A stretch of DNA of 63,495 nucleotides, filler included, from Octopus bimaculoides (Eukaryota), in NCBI RefSeq assembly GCF_001194135.2. It is 7 parts of 7 records of this genome, joined end to end, with 100 filler letters (N's around TTAATTAATTAA, not from the genome) between each part and the next. Parts side by side here need not be neighbours in the genome. Positions count along the whole stretch, not along the records: positions 1 to 7,599 come from NC_068992.1; positions 7,700 to 18,034 come from NC_069008.1; 5 more parts are not named here. One strand, 5' to 3'. Below are positions 1 through 12,457 of this stretch, one piece after another (the first letter of the stretch is position 1; every line of letters starts with the position of its first letter). Under the pieces are notes generated by a model that was not told where the DNA came from, did not search any database, and was given only the letters and a program-made list of their open reading frames with translations. The translations under genes and the position numbers were made by a program.

Positions 1-280
1 TATATATATATATATATATGTGTGTTTGTGTGTGTGTGTGTATGTGTGTGTGTGTATATGTTTGTGTGTCTGTGTTTGTCACCCCCAACATCGCTTGACA
101 ACCGATGTTGGTGTGTTTACGTCCCCGTAACTTAATGGTTCGGCATGAGAGACCGATAGAATAAGTACTAGGCTTACAAAGAATAATTCCTGGGGTCGAT
201 TTGCTCGACTAAAGGTGGTGCTCCAGCATGGCCACAGTCAAATGACTGAAACAAGTAAAAGAGTAAAGAGTAAGAGAGTA
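1..280 (+). mobile_element. tRNA-derived SINE family A, 3' half (internal TA/TG microsatellite plus tail)
   Basis: Contains CCGATAGAATAAGTACTAGGC...GGGGTCGATTTGCTCGACTAAAGG...GACTGAAACAAGTAAAAGAG, which recurs more than 12 times in the window. Confidence 0.9.
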
Positions 281-2615
281 TGGCTGAATAATTAAGCAGT
301 TTGCTTTGCATCTATGAGGTTCCAGGTTTGGTCTAGTGGTGTGGCATTTTGGCTAAATGTCATTTTCTGTAGCCTCAGGTCAACACGTACCTTGTGAATG
401 AAATAGAATTGATGGAAACTGTATAGAAACTTAATAATTGGATTATACTTGCAATTAAAATGGTGCAGCCCTATCACACACCTTGTGACAAGTCTGTACC
501 ACTTGATTCTGCCTGAGAATTATGTTAAGGGTATGCATGTCTATGGAATACTCAGTCAATTACATGGTCATTCAATGAGTAAGAAATTAGGTTTATTCAA
601 AGTGGATGATTGATTGAACTGAATCATCATCACCAAATGGTGATCCACCCTCAGTCATATACACCCACAAGCATACACATGTATATATGTGTGTGTGTGT
701 CTTTGCAAGAACAAAGAATGCCATTTTGTCCATCATTCTAATCTTAACACAGAATAGACATAAAAGCCACAAATTTAATAGATGTTGAGTAGTTAAATCA
801 ATCCAGGACTGAGAACATAAAAGAGGATAGCACTAAAAACCTCTTTACTGATTTCCCTATCCTGAACTTTCTGATAAATTTGTATCTGTTCATCTCACAA
901 AACCTGGAAGAGCAAGCACCCCGACTGAGTCAGACATTATTTAGAGCAAATAATTAAATACTCATGAAACATTGTGGGTGTTTGCTACCTGAGCTCACAG
1001 GAACAGGGACAACCATTTTAATTTGGATAACTGCCCTTTCACACATTCATTCATTATCACTCAACTATTTCAGGAACAATGCTTAGTCTGTTGCACAATT
1101 CTGTGTCTGCTTCTGAAAACCAGGTTAGATCATTGAAGTTCACTGTCACTAACTCGCTTTTTCTAAGAATAATTTGATGTAATATTTCATTCACACTCAA
1201 CTGCACCTGGCACAAGTATTATTGATTCCTTTGAATCTTGGAGCTCATAATTTAGCTCCAACAATACAACCTCACAAATGTTAGCTTAATGTTTATCTTC
1301 AGACTCAACCTCACCCCAACAGCTTTTAAGCTTTTGTTAGATTCTCTTTAACTCAGCAATCTGGTTCTCGTAAGTCTTCTGTGTCAGAAATAACTGAACC
1401 TCCAGTAACATGTTCACTATCTAGCTGTCCTATTTATGTGAACCATGCAACAATACATATATGTGGTTCAAATAGCTAAGTGAAACTTTAAGCAACCTTT
1501 ACTTTCTTATCTGATTTAGGTAGATTTACTTGTAAACCTACCTAAATGACATCTGCTGTAGTTCATTCAGATAGTTCAAATGGTATTTTTGAGCCAGTTG
1601 GAAGCATTTACCAAGTGGGCCCCATCTTTAACTCCAATGGTTGTAATATGCATCCAAGATGTTATTCCAATTCTTTGACCCATAATAAAATGCAGACTAT
1701 TCCTAAGAATAACATGAGGTACATAAAAACTCTGGCTGTCCTGTCACTAGAATATAAATGGACACAATCTCCAGAGCAGTCTTTTGTTGCTACATACAAA
1801 AAGACACTCAAACATTCCTTTGAATCTAGAAATGTTGATTATACCTGAAATCCAGATCTCTCCAAACCAACATTGCCCCTGAGATGATCAAACAGAAGTT
1901 CATCCAATAAGAGATCAAGCAGTCATGGTTCAGGAACCTCAGGCTTACTGACAGCTGTCACATCTACACTACATGACCTGAAATCAGTTAGCAGGTACGT
2001 TTCATTTTAAACAGGTATGCTTCTGTTCAAACAGACTCCAGTGCAAGAATATTCATATTTCTTATTCTCAGCAAACTTGTAGATGAAAAAGTTCTGAGAG
2101 AAAATCTTGCCTTACAGGCAAAAAAACAAAACAAAAAAATACTAACTACTAGTCTCCAAGGGCTCCTTTAACATCTGAGATTTTAGCACGCCTTTAAAGG
2201 CCCCCATGTCAATTAGATATTTTCCAGATTTCTGAACATGTCTGCTGTTGTCTTCATCAACAACTTAACATTTGATGTTTTTTAGAGAAATGTGTTTATC
2301 TCACTTATCCTTCATTATTTTTATATGAAATTCCCACTTTTTAATACACTCCGTCAACTCTTGCTGTTTTACAAACGGCAGTGTTATTGTTAGCTGATGA
2401 TCTGACAAAGTTTGAAGACCTTTTGACTAATTTCAGTCTTCTTTATCATCTTACATCTCTACAATTGCTAGTCTTATAATTCATGCTCCTCTTCTCCTGA
2501 ACAGTTATCAGAAGGAAGCAAATGTACATGCAGTTGTTATTGTTGTCATATTTGTTGATTTCAGGTGATACAGGTGTAGGGACTTACAGCTTGTCCAATC
2601 CTTTATAATTCTGCT

Positions 2616-2972
2616 TATTACTCTTTTACTTGTTTCAGTCATTTGACTGCGGCCATGGATCCCAGAACTTATTCTTTGTAAGCCTAGTACTTATTCTATC
2701 GGTCTCTTTTGCTAAACCGCTAAGTTACGGGGACATAAACACACCAGCATCAGTTGTCAAGCGATGTTGGGGGGACAAACACAGACACACAAACATATAC
2801 ACACATATATGATGGGCTTCTTTCAGTTTCCGTCTACCAAATCCACTCACAAGGCTTTGGTTGGCCCAAGGCTATAGTAGAAGACACTTGCCCAAGAGCC
2901 ACGCAATGGGACTGAACCTGGAATCATGTGGCTGGTAAGCAAGCTACTTACCACACAGCCACATCTGTGCCT
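2616..2972 (-). mobile_element. SINE family A, full length
   Basis: Minus-strand head GGCTGTGTGGTAAG...GGTTCAGTCCC (A/B-box-like), internal microsatellite and AAACAAGTAAAAGAG tail. Confidence 0.9.
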
Positions 2973-2976
2973 TTAA

Positions 2977-3186
2977 CCCTTTAAAATTTAGAGCACCCTG
3001 GTAAATGTAATGCTTATTTACTCACATAGTTTCAATTAATCGTGCATTATCTAATAGCTTCAAGATGTGATTATATGTGTTTGGATTAATGTTATAGGTT
3101 AGGAGTGAGAAGCCGGATATGGTCAGTTTGAAAATAGAACAGGTAGAATATTTTGGCTGGGTATAGCTGGTCTCAATATTAAAGGG
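2977..3186. mobile_element. piggyBac-like MITE
   Basis: Ends are TTAA|CCCTTTAA ... TTAAAGGG|TCAA: CCC-starting TIRs with a TTAA-like TSD. Confidence 0.6.
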
Positions 3187-3334
3187 TCAAAGATTTGGGT
3201 TTTGATGTAGTTTGTTGTCTTGCTGCAGTTTCACATTTGGTATTGTTACTTTTAAGAGGAGTGGAATCCTCTCAAGTGATCTGTGCTTTCATATTGCTTT
3301 CTGCCATTTGCTGTAATACTATACACATCAATAT

Positions 3335-3643
3335 TCAACTGAAAAACAACATTCGAGCATGGTCGTTGCCAGTGCTGCCAGACTGGCTCCTGTGCAGGTG
3401 GTATATAAAGAACACCTTTTGAGCGTGGTTGTTGCCAGTACCGCCTGACTGGCCCATGTACTGGTGGCACGTAAAGGCATCCACTACACTCTCGGAATGG
3501 TTGGCGTTAAGAAGGGCATCCAGCTGTAGAAACTTTGCCAGATCAGATTGAGCCTGGTGCAGCCTCTGGCTCGCCAGTTCTCAGTCAAACCATCCAACCC
3601 ATGCCAGCATGGAAAGCGGATGTTAAACGATGACAATGATGAT
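3335..3643 (+). mobile_element. Family B non-autonomous element (RTE 3'-UTR-type) with (GAT)n tail
   Basis: TTGGCGTTAAGAAGGGCATCCAGCTGTAGAAA...CATGGAAAGCGGATGTTAAACGATGA matches the 3' end of the LINE at 31140-31330. Confidence 0.85.
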
Positions 3644-5261
3644 CAAAGAAATATTCTTGCACTGTAAACCATATGCAAGACTTTACAATCTCTAATGATC
3701 TCTCATTGCAATTCCACATACATGCCTGCTGGTGCCACATAAAAGACACCCAGTACACTCTGCAAAGTGGTTGGCATTAGGAAGGGCATGCAACCATAGA
3801 AACAATGTCAAACTGCCCACCCCAAGCCAGCATAGAAAACCAATGTTAAATCATGATGATATCATTGCCAAAGCTGCACCACAAAGACTGAATTCTAGAA
3901 TTCCTCATCAAACCCAGAAAGTACTTACCTTCTAGAAAGCTCTCAGAATCCAAGGCTATCATATCTTAAGAGAATATGGATCAATATCTGGAAAGTTCCT
4001 CTCCAAGGTACAGGCCCAAGTAAGGTATTTGTTTATTTAATTGATGGGAACCTGGAAGTTTTCCAGGCAAGCAAGTCTCCTTTGTCCATTCTACAAATGT
4101 TGTCCAGAGAAAAGACAAAAACTAATACAGCTTGGTGCTAATACCAATACTGTCATGGTTATTGTTGTCAGAACCCAAAGAACCAGATCAGGTACAACAA
4201 GGTATCTTCTCTGACACTAACAATTCTGCCATGAACTGATATGTTATTTTACCAGTCCCAGAACAATGGAAAATAAAGTTGTTATTTTCATTTTCACTTT
4301 TATTGTAATTGTTGTTATTGTTGGTGGTAGTGATGGGAAGAGTGTTGTAGTTTGCTTGAAGCAATGTAGAACAAAAGTAGAATAACAAATGAAATGAAAA
4401 TTAAGGAGAGCTTTTAAAGATGCAGAAAATTTTTTTAAAATTTATATTTCAGGNNNNNNNNNNNNNNNNNNNNNNNNNNNNNNNNNNNNNNNNNNNNNNN
4501 NNNNNNNNNNNNNNNNNNNNNNNNNNNNNNNNNNNNNNNNNNNNNNNNNNNNNNNNNNNNNNNNNNNNNNNNNNNNNNNNNNNNNNNNNNNNNNNNNNNN
4601 NNNNNNNNNNNNNNNNNNNNNNNNNNNNNNNNNNNNNNNNNNNNNNNNNNNNNNNNNNNNNNNNNNNNNNNNNNNNNNNNNNNNNNNNNNNNNNNNNNNN
4701 NNNNNNNNNNNNNNNNNNNNNNNNNNNNNNNNNNNNNNNNNNNNNNNNNNNNNNNNNNNNNNNNNNNNNNNNNNNNNNNNNNNNNNNNNNNNNNNNNNNN
4801 NNNNNNNNNNNNNNNNNNNNNNNNNNNNNNNNNNNNNNNNNNNNNNNNNNNNNNNNNNNNNNNNNNNNNNNNNNNNNNNNNNNNNNNNNNNNNNNNNNNN
4901 NNNNNNNNNNNNNNNNNNNNNNNNNNNNNNNNNNNNNNNNNNNNNNNNNNNNNNNNNNNNNNNNNNNNNNNNNNNNNNNNNNNNNNNNNAATTTCATTAA
5001 ATATTATACATTTTTCGGAAAATTACGAGGAAACAAATTCAGTGGAGATGGAGCGCCAAACTGTAGTTTTGTCGTCGATTATAACGATTCAACACTCGAC
5101 TGGACTAGTTTATATTTTATCCATCCTGTAAGGCAAAGGTGACTGTAGCATGATTTGAACTTGGAATGTAAAGAGCCGTACCTATATTTTAACCCGATAC
5201 TCCAACGATTCTCAGTGGATAAATTGTAAACATATTTAAAGGGTAGGTGGGGCACAATGGG

Positions 5262-5403
5262 CATTAGTGTAGCCAGAGTGTGCGCTGCCCGGGGCGACCC
5301 TTCCGTTTGCTTCCCCTGGACCCCACAAAAAAAAAAAAACACATATTACCTACAGCAGACCCAAAAGTGCCGCCCGAGGCAGACCACCCCTACTACGCTA
5401 GTG
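5262..5403. mobile_element. Short MITE-like element
   Basis: CATTAGTGTAG at left and CTACGCTAGTG at right are imperfect TIRs; the interior resembles 7193-7347. Confidence 0.5.
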
Positions 5404-6337
5404 ACAATGGGTAATATCTATAGCATTTTTGACTTTGAGAAAAAATTTTTTTACAAATGTTCACTACCTTACAAAAATTATAACAGCTAAGCAACTGACC
5501 TTCTCTAAATGCATTAAAAACATTATAACATATCCAGAACAGAGAAAAGAATATTGATTGTTAAACACCTAAAATTATCCAGGTATTTTATCAGCAATCT
5601 CAATTACAATTGGGTCAAAGTTGAGGAAAAATTTCTTAAAAGAATGTACCTGTCACCTGTTTCAAATTCTCTCAACTTTAAACAATTATGCTGACCAATT
5701 TTTACTTTCATAGATGATGGAACAGCACAAAGCGATGATGCAATACTAACAATGTAATGATTTCAAACATTTAGGGAAAAAATAACAAAAAATCAGAAAT
5801 TACTCATTGTACCCCACTTACAAATTTTGCTCGTTCCACCTCCATCCTATATATAAAATGTTTTAAACATGAAGCCTATTTGCACAAAGTAGGCTAAATT
5901 TATGTACTAAACAAGACATATGTAAATATATTTAAAATTCCACCTAAAAGGAAAATAATGACGAAACAATTACTTTGTCAGTCGTTGGAGACTCCAAGAG
6001 GTAAAAGCAACAAAAAAAAAAAAAAGAAGAGATTAACGACAAAGACGGCAAGACTTCTTCAGGTGTGAAAGCTAAACAGGTAAACATAAACAACAAAAAC
6101 GTACTTAATGTAACTCTTAAACTAGTTCAACAGTTTCTGAAAAAGAAACAAACAAAAACTACTAAATGCTAATATTGTTAAATGAAAACAGCGATAAGAG
6201 CAATCTGTTATTTGGGAATAAAGATGAATTCATTTTAAAAAGATCAACATGGTTTCATGTTCAATTCCACTGCAAGGTACCTTGGGCTCGTTTCTTTTAC
6301 TATAGCATGGAACGAACTGGAAATGTATGGAAGACTG

Positions 6338-6577
6338 GGCATACCCACACAAGTGTACACCCCGCTCCATCCGACTTAGTTTCCTTATAACTTCCAGAAA
6401 AATCGTAATTTTAATGAAATTTTCTACAAATATCTTCCAGAATATGATCATATCGGAATTTAATATGAAAAAGAAAATTGGTGGACTCGTACACACACAT
6501 CACAATTTTTTTTTGAAATTTCAAGTTTCATTTTCTAGATATATGCGATGTATGTCAATATCTGTATGTGCGAACCC

Positions 6578-6612
<35 letters not shown>

Positions 6613-6903
6613 TATATTAAATTTCGATATAACCATAACACACTCTGAAAGGTTCTTATAGAAAATTTCATTAAAAATCATCCATTTTTCTGAAAGTTAT
6701 GAGGAAACAAAGCTGACTCGTGTGAATTTTCCGAAACACCTCACCCCACCTTAGGAAAAAAAAATTTTCACAACAAATTCCGATATAGCTGGAATCTACA
6801 TCATCTGAATTATATTTGTAGAAAATTTCATTAAAAAAATATCCACTTTTCTGGAAGTTGCGAGGAAACAAAGTCGGTGGGAGCACGCTTGTGTAGGTAT
6901 GCC
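6338..6903. mobile_element. Foldback/MITE-like element with ~120-bp imperfect inverted arms
   Basis: 6338-6455 is the reverse complement of about 6780-6903 (GGCATACC...GGTATGCC); the subterminal motif recurs at 6655-6710 and 4990-5040. Confidence 0.65.
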
Positions 6904-7192
6904 GAACTTATAACTATATCGTGAAAATATTTTGAGGATTCTACATTCCAATCAATCTTCGGTGTGCTGCTTCGGTTGCGAATGAGACATGTGAATGCTG
7001 GATTGGAGGGGTTACATACTAATCGGCCTGAATGTCCTTTTTCTTTGCTTCTGGTGCTGAGCGTTTTGTCTTTTAGATATCAAGGATTTTGAGATACGGA
7101 AGGGGTCTACATATATCTTTGATTTCTGACATTCTCTGATGCTCCTCCAGTGGGTGCTCTATGTAAGTCCTACAAATACGGAAACGGTTTTT

Positions 7193-7347
7193 CAGTGGCG
7201 TAGCTAGAGTGTGTGTGCTGCCCGGCACAGCCATTGGGTTTTCCACTCTATCTCCTTATATAGGTTTATACAGTAGATGAAAAGGTGCCGCCTCCATAAA
7301 AGCCTCATCCGGGATGGAACACCCATCGCCTTCCAGCTACGCTGCTG
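7193..7347. mobile_element. MITE with CAGTGGCGTAGCT / AGCTACGCTGCTG TIRs
   Basis: 13-bp TIRs with 2 mismatches; no clear TSD. Confidence 0.6.
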
Positions 7348-7643
7348 GGGGTTCTCTCAGCCCTACAACGCATAGCTCTTTCTCCCAGTTCAACGATGTT
7401 CGCTCCCTTTTCACAGCCCAACAATGAAAGCTCCCTTCTCAAATTTCCTTCACTCACACATATTTGCTCGGGACCGAAAAGAACTCGCTCTCACATAAAC
7501 ATGTACATACTCTCTCTCTCTCACACACACACACCACGCACACACACACAATTTTATATTGTTTGAAATATTTCCTATTTTTATATTAAGTTTCTTATGN
7601 NNNNNNNNNNNNNNNNNNNNNNNNNNNNNNNNNNNNNNNNNNN

Positions 7644-7655
7644 TTAATTAATTAA
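7644..7655. other. Synthetic scaffold linker TTAATTAATTAA centred in ~100-bp N spacers (also 18079, 46024, 54641, 59235, 62131)
   Basis: An identical palindromic all-frame stop flanked by about 44 N on each side occurs six times. Confidence 0.95.
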
Positions 7656-7795
7656 NNNNNNNNNNNNNNNNNNNNNNNNNNNNNNNNNNNNNNNNNNNNA
7701 TATATATATATATATGATCAGCCATTATTATGATTGACCGTTGACTGAACACTATTCAATTTTTTTTCTCCGTGTTTTTCTCCTTGTCTCCGTAT

Positions 7796-7832
7796 TCTTT
7801 CTGTTGAAGAGCGTAGCTCGAAACGTCAAAGA
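7796..7832 (+). ncRNA. Minimal type I hammerhead ribozyme motif in a Penelope-type terminal repeat (7735-7920)
   Basis: TCTTT-CTGTTGA-A-GAGC gta GCTC-GAAA-CGTC-AAAGA: 5-bp stem I, 4-bp stem II, ACGT palindrome, GUC triplet; the core has A6U. Confidence 0.6.
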
Positions 7833-7937
7833 CTTTCCGTATTCCCGAGCGTCATACTAATACATCCTTTTGTTATTTACATCACCTGTCCTCCTCTGTT
7901 GTTTTTTCGTACATTCTCCCATATATATATATATATG

Positions 7938-9160
7938 TACTAGCACTATAGCCCGGCTTTGCTCGGTATTAAGTTAGGATTATTAAGCTAATGAAGCTCT
8001 TTATTTCAAATCAAACGAAGTAACATCGATGTCAAATTGGAGCGAAATCTGTTGAAATTGTAAACTTTTGGCTGAAAATGAGTTGCAGACAATTTGATTG
8101 GGAAATCCCCATAAGGAATCGGTTTATCGATTTTTGCCACTCATCGATTTTTTTTTCTATAGTTTTAACTCAGAGTTGTGGTCATGCTGATGCACTGCCG
8201 TTATTTTTTTTCGTTTTTGGAGAACTTAAAGCATTCAAAGATCTCATGAGTCCAAGTTTGAACAAAATACATCAAAATTGGTAAAAGTTATGGTTGAAAA
8301 TGGGGTGTAGCCAATTTTAGTGGGAAGTCCTGTAAGGAATCGGTTTATCGATTTTTTTAATCCTGATTAAATGGAAAACCCCATAAGGAATCAGTTTATT
8401 GATTTTTCACCCCAAATAGGACTTAACCAAATACAACATTGCTGATTCAAAAACATCTATATTTATACTTTAAAGTTGGTTTTCACATCCAACCCAGTTT
8501 TGCAGAATCATTGTCGCGACGGGAGTGCATGGGTTGGGAGTTTGATCGGCAGAGGTGATCAGGTTGCATATACCAGCCCTTTTGAAAACACCATCCCCAT
8601 CATGTAACCCCCCTTTGTCCATGGGTTGGGAACCCTTCCAGCAAGGAAAATTGAATGCCCAAAAGGGCCCCCCGATCCCGTGTGTCAGAAGCGGTTATGT
8701 TCAGATCACAAGTAAGTATATACATACGGGCAACACACACACACAAACATATATGTACATACACCTATTACATACATGTTTTTTTTTATGCCCTTGCCCC
8801 AGCCCCTGTCCCACCACAACCCCCTACCAGAGTAATACCATCAATTGAGGCAAATTTGGCACCCGGACGTAAGTTTTGTAAAAGGAATAGAGAGGCCTAT
8901 CTTCTCCCGCAGAGATGTGAGAGTCAGATCTCTCCTTTTGAAAACATGAACAGTTTCGTAACATTGTTTACAAAATAATAGCTGATCGTTTGTGAAGGAG
9001 TGTGTCTACAGTCAACACTTAGGACTTTTGCTCTGGTAACTACTGCTCTCTCCCATGGTCACACACGACCAGCTATATGTCACTATGAGTAGAGCAATGG
9101 ATTCAGCAAATCTGGAAATTAGTTGTGGAGAAACGGAGAATATCATTTATATTGTGTACA
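7938..9160 (+). mobile_element. Helitron-related remnant
   Basis: Terminus TACTAGCACTATAGCCCGGCTTTGCTCGG; three internal repeats CCCATAAGGAATCGGTTTATCGATTTTT; 9055-9150 reads VTHDQLYVTMSRA...NIIY, like the PIF1 helicase motif SHGQLYVAxSR. Confidence 0.65.
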
Positions 9161-9168
9161 TATATATA

Positions 9169-9201
<33 letters not shown>

Positions 9202-9866
9202 NNNNNNNNNNNNNNNNNNNNNNNNNNNNNNNNNNNNNNNNNNNNNNNNNNNNNNNNNNNNNNNNNNNNNNNNNNNNNNNNNNNNNNNNNNNNNNNNNNN
9301 NNNNNNNNNNNNNNNNNNNNNNNNNNNNNNNNNNNNNNNNNNNNNNNNNNNNNNNNNNNNNNNNNNNNNNNNNNNNNNNNNNNNNNNNNNNNNNNNNNNN
9401 NNNNNNNNNNNNNNNNNNNNNNNNNNNNNNNNNNNNNNNNNNNNNNNNNNNNNNNNNNNNNNNNNNNNNNNNNNNNNNNNNNNNNNNNNNNNNNNNNNNN
9501 NNNNNNNNNNNNNNNNNNNNNNNNNNNNNNNNNNNNNNNNNNNNNNNNNNNNNNNNNNNNNNNNNNNNNNNNNNNNNNNNNNNNNNNNNNNNNNNNNNNN
9601 NNNNNNNNNNNNNNNNNNNNNNNNNNNNNNNNNNNNNNNNNNNNNNNNNNNNNNNNNNNNNNNNNNNNNNNNNNNNNNNNNNNNNNNNNNNNNNNNNNNN
9701 NNNNNNNNNNNTATCTTGTAAGGTGTGGATTTCTATAGATGCAACACACACACACACACTCAGCTTTACAATTTGTACTGATATACATAATTTGCCGCTA
9801 TTGGCCCAGCGACAGATTTGAAAATGTGTTTGAAAGTGGATGAAGAAGTATGTTTTTCCCTATCTT

Positions 9867-9901
<35 letters not shown>

Positions 9902-9936
9902 GAGAGAAAGCGAGAGAGAGAGAGAGAAAGAGAGAG

Positions 9937-9972
<36 letters not shown>

Positions 9973-12175
9973 CGTGCGTGTGTATGTGTATAAGAAAAGG
10001 TAAGTTTAAAAAGAACAATTCAAACTTTTTGCAGGGTTCAAAATGAGAGAAAGGGTGATTTCTAATAAGGACTCATCATATTCATGAAAATCAGCCAAAA
10101 CAGGTAATAAGAATATGAAAATAATATTTGAAGAGATTCATTAAAATTTTTCTTCCATTTTTGCATTGCTTTTTGAAATGTACGTATGCATTGAAACCAG
10201 TTTTGTAATAAATCTATTTCTGTTTCAACATCTTTTCTCCATTTTTTTATATTTGTTTATGGTGTATTCTTATACCTATAACGAATCTCCTATATATGAA
10301 TGTATATATATGTAAGGGTAAATGTTATTGTGAAGCAATGATAAATTTTGTGTGTAGTTACCAATTGCAACAGGTTATAAGATGAACTATGAACAGTGAT
10401 CGAAGTTGTAAAGAAATATTTATTTACCGTTACTTTAATGAATGCCATACCATGACGGGTAGGTTAGTGTAATAGTATAACACAGTTTGTAAAGCATGCA
10501 AGGTAAAGAAAGTTAATTTCGGCCTGTATAGATGTGTACAAGATCTTGTGGTAGTAAACAGATAAAGATAGGGTAAGGTTACCGAGAAAAGCAAATGAGC
10601 TAGTCAAAGTTGTATAGTGTGGGACGTTGTGTCTCATAGTTGGCTGGTTGTAATCTTCTTTCTCCCTCTGGCCTTTTTGTCTTTAGTGGCTGCCTGCTTG
10701 TGACCATGACTCGAGATGTACGTTTACTGACTAATTGAGTTGTCACTAGTTGCTTCGCTCTGTTTTCGCCAAGTGACTACTAACCGTTTTGCTTGGGGTC
10801 TCCTGTTTTTATAAATATCTAGAAGGATAGATATATTATTGAGAACAATGGATTTAGTTGGTGGTCCTATTATCTCTATTCTTGATTTTGGTGATGTAGA
10901 AGAGGTTAGAAAGGGTCAAGTGGTGAAGACATTGTTTCGGCCTAGCTAAAGGCATCTGGAAAATATTAAGCTGCTGTCAGAGAAAAACTATTGTTCCAGC
11001 GTGGGAAAAGTTCTGTTGCAGTGTTGATTTAAATTTGGCTATAATGGATCGAATCCACTTCATGCATGCAAGATCCACTACATCACTCTCTTTGCCAGTG
11101 AGGTTCCTGGGAGGGAAGCGAACGAACAAAAGAGACAAAGAAATGCATGATAAATGCCCTGGAATGGTTGAGGAGAAATTTCGCATATCAGGAGAGAGGA
11201 TCGTTGAAGTGTATACAGGACAGTGTCGCCTTGCGTGCTAAAATGTGTGCAGTCAGTGACTGGGCAGTACAGCAAATGGGCGCGTGTGTGCGCGTGAGGG
11301 CGTATACAGGAGTGCAGTGGCACGTTTCAAAATTGAGTTCAGGGGAGCGAGTGAGTGCATTCTCAATCCGTGATATGAAAGAACTTCCTGCAGGGTTGCA
11401 GTGTGTGAAATGCCTTGAAGGTGAAATGCCCGAAGTGAAATGCATCTGGTGCTGTTGTCGTGGTTAATTGCTGAGTTAGCAAGGTCGACAGTGTAAGCAT
11501 GCTGAAGTGATGAGCGAGACAGATCATTTTCTCTGTTAATTACGTGACCAAACAGGGGTCTAACGGAGGAAATTAATGTCTAAACATGAGCGCAGAGCAT
11601 GTGAACATCCAACGTGCTTTGAGTTGGGATTGGAATTGAGCTGACGCAGGACTTTTGCAAAACAAGCAAGTAGTAGATATGCATAACAGAGGTGCATGTG
11701 CATGCGTGCAATAGGGCTTGCAAGGCTGAGGCTAATGCTAGTGCATTGATTACAAATACAGTGTACAGTATTGAATATGCCAGTGATTAATGCAGTAAGG
11801 CTGAAGTTACCAGCCGGTGCATGAGGTATTATAAGCCTCGATCGTGCAGGAACAAAAGTGTGGCATGCTGGCGAATTGTAAGGGACAAACAACTTTCTCT
11901 GTGTATGTGTGACCGACATAGAGTCTTACAAAGATGAGTTGTGTCTACAAGGGCGCAGATAGCATGGAAAACAAGCAAGATAGGCATGTGCGGTGCATGA
12001 ATGTGACAGCGATAGCATTTGTGTGTTTATGAACCGTATGTGCAGATGCGTGTGCAAGGCCAAGCACTGAGGAAAGGTGCATGCGGGTGTGTATGCAACA
12101 ATACTTTTTCAAAGTGAACGAAAAAAAGTACATGCAAAATATGAATCAAATTGAGAAGGCACGCAGACAAAAAAA

Positions 12176-12283
12176 TTCAGGTTATGAATAAATGTTCAGG
12201 TTATGCATAAATGTTCCGTTCATGACTAAAATGTTCAGTTCATGAATAACATGTTCAATTTATGAATAAAATGTTCAGTTCAT
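12176..12283. repeat. 19-20 bp minisatellite, about 5.5 units (TTCAGKTYATGAATAAAATG)
   Basis: Units start at 12176, 12195, 12214, 12234, 12254 and 12274. Confidence 0.8.
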
Positions 12284-12457
12284 TTGAGTCTGATTGAATG
12301 TAAGCAGGATGAATTTTAATTTAATATGAGAAACAGAAAATTGAATTAATGCTATATAAGTGTTACAGGTATAGTCCTTGTGAAGTTCAGTGGAAAGAAA
12401 AATATAAATAAATTTTGTAGCTGTTCATGTGGATATTGAAGCATTGGTGCCTGTAAA

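Noticed and set aside
1546-1848. 100-aa plus-strand ORF
   Set aside because: No recognisable motif; it overlaps a tract that looks more coding on the opposite strand
3929-3987. Strong minus-strand splice donor AAG|GTAAGT with a 59-nt candidate exon
   Set aside because: All three frames contain stops, and the context looks like decayed repeat
6910-7190. Possible GIY-YIG fragment on the minus strand (FVGLT, IDWN)
   Set aside because: The motifs are too short and lie in different frames
10125-10215. TTGAAGA...GAAACCAGTTTTGTA, hammerhead-like
   Set aside because: Stems I and II are not convincingly paired; too degenerate to call
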